Source: Kiritimatiellia bacterium
Lineage (GTDB): Bacteria > Verrucomicrobiota > Kiritimatiellia > RFP12 > UBA1067
Direction: 5' to 3'
Assembly (NCBI GenBank): GCA_050949565.1
Contig: JBMNFY010000010.1
Span: 224,001 to 288,000, forward strand
DNA length: 64,000 nt
Shown: positions 57,226-64,000 of the stretch, one piece after another
Layout of the letters: each line of letters starts with the position of its first letter
Numbering within the stretch: the first letter of the stretch is position 1
Notes under the pieces: model-generated
What the model was told of the DNA's origin: nothing
Database searches by the model: none
Seen by the model: the letters and a program-made list of their open reading frames with translations, nothing else
Program-made: the position numbers and the translations under genes

Positions 57226-60099
57226 TCACTTTCCCATGTTTTCAGTGTTTGGATCACTCCACCACCAGGCCAGTCCATAATAGCCCAAATACACTGCGCC
57301 GGAATCTACCGCAATGTGATCTTTCCATGCTCCCAAACTGCTGTAGTCACCTGTGCCTCTGTTGTCCGAATAACAGGCGTAAAACATTCCCAGGCCTAGT
57401 TTGTGTGGGGGAGAAACTTCACTAGGGAAGACAACACCATCAAAGCTACGGTTAATTTCGAAGCCGAGCGGATATGTACCATGACCCGCATATATAAAAC
57501 CATAAATTCCAGAAGTTTCCCAAAGCGCTTTAAATTCGGAAACACTGTCGCTGTGTTTCGAGAAAATCACTTTGTATCCGCTGTTCGCATAACTAACGGA
57601 CAGTGACTCCGCTGTTCGACGATAGCTTGAAACTACCGACACGGGGAGATCGTGCCACGATGGTTTTGATGTAAATACGACTATCACGTTAGGCACAGCA
57701 ACCTCACACGGGGTTTTGCCGTCATCGGTCTTCCCATCACTATGTATTCTTGCCCATTTATGGATTTCGTTCAAATCGAGCTTTAATAGTGTGGCCAAAC
57801 CCTCCAAGGTATCACCGCTTTGCCGTATATAAACTCTACGTCTGCCCCCATCAATCGTATCTCCTTTCTTCCAAAGCCCCAAATAATCCCATCTGTTCAT
57901 TGGGTCATTCCCGACAAAACCATACTCATTCAACCCGCCGCGATCCCCGATGGGATCACGATTAAGCCAGCGCATGAGTTTCGGGCTGTAGAAGCGGTAG
58001 CCGTAGTAATAGAGTCCGGTCTCGTGGTGGAGGTACTTGGTGGAGAACCAGAAGCTGAATGCATCGGCCATCGGCCCGGACGCGGCAAGGGTCTCACCGA
58101 AGGGGCCGTACTCGCGGTGCGCGACAGTCGCGCCTTGCGCGTCGATGTAATCCGTGACATTACCGTTGTTATCATAGAGCGGGAAGTACCACGTATCGTT
58201 GATGCGGGTGGCGAGCAGTCCGCCCACGCCGCCCGCGCCGCCGCGCGTTCCTGACAGGTCTTTGCCCCAGACGTGTTCGCGGGTTTCAATCACGCCGCCG
58301 GTGCGAGTGATTTTTTCCAGCACGGGCAGCCAGCCGTCGTAAATGAAGGTGCGGGTTTCCACGGTGTCCCATGTGCCGCCCTGAGACGGATCGAACGGGT
58401 AACCCGCGCCACGTCCGCTCAGCATCTCCACGCGCGTCTCCACGAGCCGACTCATGTGGTCGTAGCGGTTGACAACCCTGCGCGCGCCGTTGGTGGAGCC
58501 GTCCCATCCCGGCTCGGAGCGCGTCAGCCGGTTCTCCGCATCCCACGCGTGCCACATCTTTCCGTCCCACGTCATGTTGCCGTCGGCGTCGTAGGAAGGA
58601 GAAAGGCTGTAAGGCTGAAGGCCGTAAGACTGTAAGACAATATTGGAATACTGGTTAAGGGCGTTAGCCGTGTAGGTGTTGGTGACGGCGTTGACCGATA
58701 TCCAACAGTTGTTGCCGATGGAGTCATAGGCGTACCGGCTGGCGGTTGATCCTATGTCCGCTGACGTGACTTCGGAACGGGCGTTGTAGCCGAAGGTGTC
58801 CGCGTTGCGGTTGGTGATGCGCCCCAGAAGGTCATGCCCGAATGACAGCGCATTCGCCATCGTGCCATTGACCGCGTTTGTGATTGTCCCGATCAAGTGT
58901 CTGCGGTGTGGATCGCGGGTGACGGCGCGGGTGATGGTGAGCCCGTTTGTGAGGATGACGGCATAGCCCGCGTCCCAACCGTCGGCGGTAAGCGCGTAAG
59001 CCACAGTGAAGGCATCGTTCGAGGTCACGGCAAGACGGTTCTCTGCGTCATAGCCATAATAAACTGGAGTGTTGCCGACATGCAACGCGGATAGGCGGCG
59101 GCGTTCGCCCAATTCGCGGGTCAACGCGCAGGTGTTTGTGTCAACGATGACTAGCTCGTTGGTGGCGATGCCGGAGAGGCTGTTTACGTATTCGTACCGT
59201 GCGACGGCGTTTGACGAGGCCGCAACGCGGCCAAAAACGTCGTAGGCGTGATAAACGTCCGGCGTGGCGTCACTGTAGGTGACGCTTGCCAGTTGCCCCA
59301 GCGCATCATAGGCGTTCTCTTTCCATGCTCCGCGAGCCCATGTCGTGCGGAGCGGTTTGCCGTTTTGCGTGTGCGTGTAGGCAACGTGCGAGCCGTCAGC
59401 GTAGACTTTGTTCGTGAGCAGTCCCGTGGCGGCGTCGTAACGCCACTGCGTTACGTCACCGTCATCGTTCTCGTCTCGGAAGGTGCGCATGGATGTGCGG
59501 CGACCGGCGGTGTCGTATTCGTAGGCGACCGGATAGGTCGCGCCGGACTGGCCGAGAACCTGACCGAGGCGGTTATACTGCGTGAACACGGCATTGCCGA
59601 GCGCGTCGGTCTGGGACACGGCGCGGCCTTGGCTGTCGTAGCCGGTCGTGGTGACAGCCGTCAGGGTCCCGTATGTGGTTTCGTTGGTCACGGCACTGCC
59701 AAGGGTATCGTAAACGACGGCGGTTGTCGAGACCGTCCCGGCGGCGTTCGTGACGGTGCGGGAGACGGCGCGGCCGAAGCCGTCGTAGGCGAGGAGCGTT
59801 GCCGCGTCCGGCCCGGCGCTCTCCAGCTCGCGCCCGTACAGCGTGCGGCGGACACGCGGCGCGGTGCTTCCTGCCTGCGAGGTCTCGGCGATGATGTCGG
59901 TGCCCGGCTCGAAGGCGCGGGTGACGGTCGTCGTTGTGCCGTCGGGCGAGACCGTGACGGTGCGGCTGAGCAGCGCGGGCGAGAACCCGGTGAGCTGCTC
60001 GCGGGTGACGGATACCGCGCCCTGACCGGACAGGAGGAAACGAGCGAGGGAACGTCCTGCCCATATCAGTATCCCGTTATTTTGTCCGTTATCCTTCAT
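57226..60099 (-). CDS. Rhs cassette 3 with LysM-like plus caspase-fold-like C-terminal domain
   Basis: Long YD-repeat core; PMNRWDYLG; tip YIRQSGDTLEGLA then FIYAGHG...FYACYS. Confidence 0.9.
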   Translation of the reverse strand: MKDNGQNNGILIWAGRSLARFLLSGQGAVSVTREQLTGFSPALLSRTVTVSPDGTTTTVTRAFEPGTDIIAETSQAGSTAPRVRRTLYGRELESAGPDAATLLAYDGFGRAVSRTVTNAAGTVSTTAVVYDTLGSAVTNETTYGTLTAVTTTGYDSQGRAVSQTDALGNAVFTQYNRLGQVLGQSGATYPVAYEYDTAGRRTSMRTFRDENDDGDVTQWRYDAATGLLTNKVYADGSHVAYTHTQNGKPLRTTWARGAWKENAYDALGQLASVTYSDATPDVYHAYDVFGRVAASSNAVARYEYVNSLSGIATNELVIVDTNTCALTRELGERRRLSALHVGNTPVYYGYDAENRLAVTSNDAFTVAYALTADGWDAGYAVILTNGLTITRAVTRDPHRRHLIGTITNAVNGTMANALSFGHDLLGRITNRNADTFGYNARSEVTSADIGSTASRYAYDSIGNNCWISVNAVTNTYTANALNQYSNIVLQSYGLQPYSLSPSYDADGNMTWDGKMWHAWDAENRLTRSEPGWDGSTNGARRVVNRYDHMSRLVETRVEMLSGRGAGYPFDPSQGGTWDTVETRTFIYDGWLPVLEKITRTGGVIETREHVWGKDLSGTRGGAGGVGGLLATRINDTWYFPLYDNNGNVTDYIDAQGATVAHREYGPFGETLAASGPMADAFSFWFSTKYLHHETGLYYYGYRFYSPKLMRWLNRDPIGDRGGLNEYGFVGNDPMNRWDYLGLWKKGDTIDGGRRRVYIRQSGDTLEGLATLLKLDLNEIHKWARIHSDGKTDDGKTPCEVAVPNVIVVFTSKPSWHDLPVSVVSSYRRTAESLSVSYANSGYKVIFSKHSDSVSEFKALWETSGIYGFIYAGHGTYPLGFEINRSFDGVVFPSEVSPPHKLGLGMFYACYSDNRGTGDYSSLGAWKDHIAVDSGAVYLGYYGLAWWWSDPNTENMGK

Positions 60100-60114
60100 T
60101 TCATTTCCCGGTTT

Positions 60115-60552
60115 TTAATAAAAAATGATCCCGTTGGATAACCTGACTTTGTAGCCAGCCTGTGAAGCTATTCGAGTTAAAACCTCTTCAACGGATGCAC
60201 TGGTCATTTGTATTGAAACTGAATTTCCAACACCGTGTGTTTCCACTTTTGATAAGTCGAATGGATCGGAAATGACGGACTTTGTTTCGTGTGACTGCAC
60301 GGTGTAGCTCACGCCGTCAGGATAACCAAGCTCCCCCACAATGTGCTTATTCAGAAGATCCATTGCCCCCGTCAAATCTGGCGACTGGATTTCTATGTTT
60401 TTTAGAGTTGTGGTTCGCAAAAATGACAATAAAGTCTTGTCTTTCGTGGACAAACCCCTTTCAGGAATGTAAGGCGTTTCTTTACAAACCGAACATCCTA
60501 GCGATAGCATAACAACACAGGCGCATAAAAAAAAGAGTTTCGTCATAAACAC
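60115..60552 (-). CDS. Lipoprotein, STN-like (second partner of Rhs cassette 2)
   Basis: Lipobox LSLGC; VSIQMTSASVEEVLTRIASQAGYKVRLSNGII. Confidence 0.7.
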   Translation of the reverse strand: MFMTKLFFLCACVVMLSLGCSVCKETPYIPERGLSTKDKTLLSFLRTTTLKNIEIQSPDLTGAMDLLNKHIVGELGYPDGVSYTVQSHETKSVISDPFDLSKVETHGVGNSVSIQMTSASVEEVLTRIASQAGYKVRLSNGIIFY

Positions 60553-60589
60553 CTCTCATCAAATAGTAGGCAAATTTTTTTCGACAAGC

Positions 60590-61078
60590 CTATGGGAACG
60601 GCACATCGGCAGGTGTTATCCACACCCAATGTTCATACACATAGAATTTCATACTTGTTGCATTACACACCAATTCTAAGGCATCCCACATGCAAATGGA
60701 GTGTGCAACCACAGGCGGAATCACAGGGACTGTGTTGGTTTCTCCATTGGCTGTCTTCTCGGGAAGTTTCAATATGAAACTCAAGCCTCGTTGTTCCAAC
60801 GGGATTTTGGGGCTGTCAAAATCTCGGCTGGCCTGTTTGAAAAAATCTACCGCATCAACGATTGTTGCCGGTGGACGGAACGTCAATTCAGGGATGACAA
60901 TTTCGTGTAATTTTCTAACAATTTCCTGCTCCGAACAGACGCACCGGTTCTTTTCTGTCAATGTCGGAGTACGTTCTTTAATCGAACATCCCGCACACCA
61001 AGCAACTATCAAGAAAAATAGTCGTGCGAATAGAACAAAACTTTTTCCGTTCATTTCGCTCTTTAGAATGATTCTCAT
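60590..61078 (-). CDS. Lipoprotein, STN/secretin-N-terminus-like (first partner of Rhs cassette 2)
   Basis: Lipobox-like CAGC; KLHEIVIPELTF..ATIVDAVDFFKQASRDFD...ICMWDALELVCNATSMKFYV. Confidence 0.72.
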   Translation of the reverse strand: MRIILKSEMNGKSFVLFARLFFLIVAWCAGCSIKERTPTLTEKNRCVCSEQEIVRKLHEIVIPELTFRPPATIVDAVDFFKQASRDFDSPKIPLEQRGLSFILKLPEKTANGETNTVPVIPPVVAHSICMWDALELVCNATSMKFYVYEHWVWITPADVPFP

Positions 61079-61105
61079 GTTTGTCCTCCGAAAAAGAAAA
61101 CACCA

Positions 61106-62749
61106 TTACTGAACCTTGACCGTTGCAGATGCGGTTATTTTCTTGGGTTTTGCGTATCCTCCTGAATAGACCACGACAATTTTTGTGTCTCCTTTGGTCA
61201 TTTTTTCAATACGCATAGCGAATCCTCTAAACTCCACATCGCGTACACAATCATTATCCTTCTTATACTTCTTCGAGTACGCGAATTTTGTTCCGAGTGT
61301 AACAGCCCACAGTATTTTTTTATCACCTCGTGTCATTCCTAACCCGTTAATCATTTGAGAAGCGAGGTCATTGACAACACTTGATGGTAATTTTATTGGA
61401 ACATTAACTATTTTTGGTGCCAGCCATTTGCCCAATGTATATGTTTTAAAATGACCAAAATATGAATCGGCATCCCCTTGTCCGCTAAATTCTGCCCACT
61501 CTGGACAGCCAAAGGAATGAGCCTCAACATCTTGGATCGTAAGAACGGCTTCCCATTCCGCGAGTCCTAAATAATCCCATTTGTTCGCGGAGTCATTATT
61601 CACAAAAATAGACAAATTCAACCCGCCTTTTTCCTCCATTGGGTCGCGATTGAGCCAGCAACCTAGTTTTGGAGCATAGTGGCGATAGCCATAATAATAA
61701 GAGCGGGTTTCTGCATCCCAGTATTTCGTAGAGAAACGGAATGTGAAGGTATCGGCGAGGTCGCCGCTTTGTGCGGTGATCTCGCCGAAAGGCGAGTATT
61801 CGTAATGGGCGCGGATGTTGCCCGCCGCGTCTACATAGGCGGTCACGTTTCCGTTCGCGTCGTAGCAGGGGAAGTAGGGCGTGCCGTTGCGCACAACGGC
61901 CAGCAACCCGCCAACGCCGCCTGCGCCTTGCAGGGTGCCGGAGAGGTCGGTGCCCCAAACGTAGTAAGTGATGTTGGTAGAGGGCGTGACCTCGTCTATC
62001 ACGATCTCCGCCGCGATGTTGTAGCCGTCCCACACATAGCGGCGGGTCTCGATGGCGTCCCATGTGCCCGGCTGCAAGGGGTTGAACGGATAGTCTGCGC
62101 CGCGTCCGCTCAACTGCTTCTTGATCTTCGCGACGCGCAAATTCTTGTGGTTGTAGACGTACTCCAGCCTGACTGCGCCGTTGGTGGCGAACCCGGCGGG
62201 TTGGGAACTGGTCAGCCGGTTTTCCGCATCCCAAGTGTGATACCAGTCTCCGTAGTACGTCATATTGCCGTCAGCGTCATACGCCACGGCAATGGGAGGC
62301 GTGACAGCGGTGTATTGATTGAGGCAATTGGCGGTATAACTGTTTGTCAGAGTATTCACCGCCGACCAGACACGGTTGCCTATGGCATCGTACGCATAGC
62401 CGTAGTTGTTTGTGCCGATGACAGCGCCGATGACTTCCGAACGGGCGTTGTAACCGAAGCTGTCGGCGTTGCGGGAAACGCGCCGCCCGGCGGCGTCGTT
62501 GGCGTAGTCGTAGGCAGAGATCAAGACAGGATTGACATGGTTAACATGATTGGAGACGGTCGTTATGAGGTCGCGGGCGGGTTCGTATGCGACCGACCGC
62601 CCAAGTCCCGCCGTGCCGGTCATGCCTGAGATCGTGGCCATGCCGGGCAGATAGGAGAAACCGAAGGCGAGCGCGGACACCACAGAGACAGAGGCGACGC
62701 ACCTGAAATCACCACGTCCCCCTTTCATTTTGGCGGGAAGCATATGCAT
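61106..62749 (-). CDS. Rhs cassette 2 with unknown C-terminal domain
   Basis: Core motifs, WLNRDPMEEKGGLNL...SANKWDYLG, low-GC tip. Confidence 0.9.
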   Translation of the reverse strand: MHMLPAKMKGGRGDFRCVASVSVVSALAFGFSYLPGMATISGMTGTAGLGRSVAYEPARDLITTVSNHVNHVNPVLISAYDYANDAAGRRVSRNADSFGYNARSEVIGAVIGTNNYGYAYDAIGNRVWSAVNTLTNSYTANCLNQYTAVTPPIAVAYDADGNMTYYGDWYHTWDAENRLTSSQPAGFATNGAVRLEYVYNHKNLRVAKIKKQLSGRGADYPFNPLQPGTWDAIETRRYVWDGYNIAAEIVIDEVTPSTNITYYVWGTDLSGTLQGAGGVGGLLAVVRNGTPYFPCYDANGNVTAYVDAAGNIRAHYEYSPFGEITAQSGDLADTFTFRFSTKYWDAETRSYYYGYRHYAPKLGCWLNRDPMEEKGGLNLSIFVNNDSANKWDYLGLAEWEAVLTIQDVEAHSFGCPEWAEFSGQGDADSYFGHFKTYTLGKWLAPKIVNVPIKLPSSVVNDLASQMINGLGMTRGDKKILWAVTLGTKFAYSKKYKKDNDCVRDVEFRGFAMRIEKMTKGDTKIVVVYSGGYAKPKKITASATVKVQ

Positions 62750-62794
62750 GAACCAATACCCAACAAAACACAGATCGTAAGAATAAGAATGAAC

Positions 62795-63283
62795 CTACGG
62801 AGTCGTTTCACGTTGTTCATGGCTAACACTGCGGCTCTCCGTTCCCTTTTTTCGTGGAACCAGCCTCAAATCCTTCCAGCACATGGAACCATTCATCAGG
62901 TTATTAAACGTTTGCTCGTCCGCCATATAGGCTCCATACCTGCCACATACGTACACCAATCTGTTTTTGTCTGACCATGGCTCCTTTTGATACACGAGTA
63001 TGTTTGCTTCGCGATTCGTCGGAAGCACGTAACCCTCCTGCCAGTTGAAATCTCGATATTTAGCGTCGATTTCGCACATATCGCTAAATGAATCGGGACG
63101 CCTACCATTGTGCATCGCCATATACTTCCTGACGTCCCGTGCAATAGACTCAACCTGCGCGGCTTTTTTCTTTATCTTGAGTTCGGCACCAGACAACCTT
63201 CGTGGCGGAATGATACCGAATCGCACATAGATCGCTAGTAAAAGGACAACACCTATCCAAGCAAACAACTTTTTTCTTTTCAC
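62795..63283 (-). CDS. Partner protein of Rhs cassette 1, membrane-anchored, pseudopilin-like
   Basis: GAGGAGG RBS; N-terminal TM; QVESIARDVRKYMAMHNGRRPDSFSDM...ILVYQKEP. Confidence 0.65.
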   Translation of the reverse strand: MKRKKLFAWIGVVLLLAIYVRFGIIPPRRLSGAELKIKKKAAQVESIARDVRKYMAMHNGRRPDSFSDMCEIDAKYRDFNWQEGYVLPTNREANILVYQKEPWSDKNRLVYVCGRYGAYMADEQTFNNLMNGSMCWKDLRLVPRKKGTESRSVSHEQRETTP

Positions 63284-63299
63284 CCATCCACCTCCTCAA

Positions 63300-64000
63300 C
63301 TATTCGAACCATCCCGAATATGGTTGGTTCTTAAAATGTCCACTTGTTCGATAAGTCTTTTTCAATACTGAGTAAACTATCCCCTTGTGCCGTCCCTGAG
63401 CACAGGTCGCCACCCATTTGAAGGACCACGACCACGCCGAACGATAAATGCCGAAAGTAAAGCTCGGGCCATCCGGTTCATCCTCCTCTGCCACGCCGCT
63501 TGCTTCGTGGTAACCTCCTTCTGTCCCATGGTCTAAGACGTAAGGTCCAATTGTGCCGCACATCAAAAATTTTCGCACGTACCGATCAATATGAATCGCA
63601 TCGCAACATTTTCTTTCCTCAGCATCCATTGTGTATGTCACATGAACCTCAAGTTTACCGCTATTCTTAGCGTATGGGACTGTTCCCCAGACAGCTGAAT
63701 AAGTCCAATTCCCTTCTGTTCCAACCATTGTTTTCCGACCCAATTTGTCAATTTTGTTCACCGGATCATTCTCAGTAAACCCATATAGATTGTCCCCGCC
63801 TTCTTCCTCAATCGGATCACGGTTCAACCAGCGGCCAAGTTCCGGACTGTAGAATCGCTCGCCGTAGTAATACAGCCCGATCTCCTCGTCCAAGTATTTG
63901 GTCGAGAACCAGAAATGGAGGTCGCGGACAAGCGGCCCCGTGGCTACGATAGTTCTGCCGAACGGGTCGTATTCGCGGTGGGCGACCACGACACCGTTAC
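63300..64000 (-). CDS. Rhs protein/cassette 1, C-terminal part (continues beyond window)
   Basis: [43 protein letters not shown] followed by a unique tip. Confidence 0.9.
   Translation of the reverse strand, partial: NGVVVAHREYDPFGRTIVATGPLVRDLHFWFSTKYLDEEIGLYYYGERFYSPELGRWLNRDPIEEEGGDNLYGFTENDPVNKIDKLGRKTMVGTEGNWTYSAVWGTVPYAKNSGKLEVHVTYTMDAEERKCCDAIHIDRYVRKFLMCGTIGPYVLDHGTEGGYHEASGVAEEDEPDGPSFTFGIYRSAWSWSFKWVATCAQGRHKGIVYSVLKKTYRTSGHFKNQPYSGWFE

Overview
This is a GC-rich bacterial window; the gene content and repeat style suggest a PVC-superphylum, Kiritimatiellia-like organism (inference). Family calls come from motif recognition by eye, not from database searches. From left to right: (1) a peroxiredoxin / MBL-rhodanese / SulP sulfur-handling operon; (2) a controller-type Type II restriction-modification module hit by two IS elements, one clipping the endonuclease 3' end and one sitting in the centre of a palindrome between the divergent C-R and M genes; (3) a long carbohydrate-catabolism region (GH50-like, SDR, MFS, enolase-family dehydratase, four Gfo/Idh/MocA, DUF5696-like, beta-helix, DUF1080, GH106, GH78) mixed with housekeeping genes (two RluA, DinG, YgiQ, EpmA); (4) a metzincin-like protease followed by a partner gene, an orphan alternative protease C-terminus and a second partner, which looks like a polymorphic cassette locus; (5) a >15 kb array of six Rhs core/C-terminal cassettes with diverse, often peptidase-like tips, whose downstream partners resemble envelope-machine modules (STN-like x3, BamE-like, pseudopilin-like). 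A 101-bp MITE with target duplications occurs three times. Short-period (6-9 bp) repeat tracts occur between genes and also in frame inside Rhs coding sequence. No rRNA, tRNA or CRISPR array was seen.
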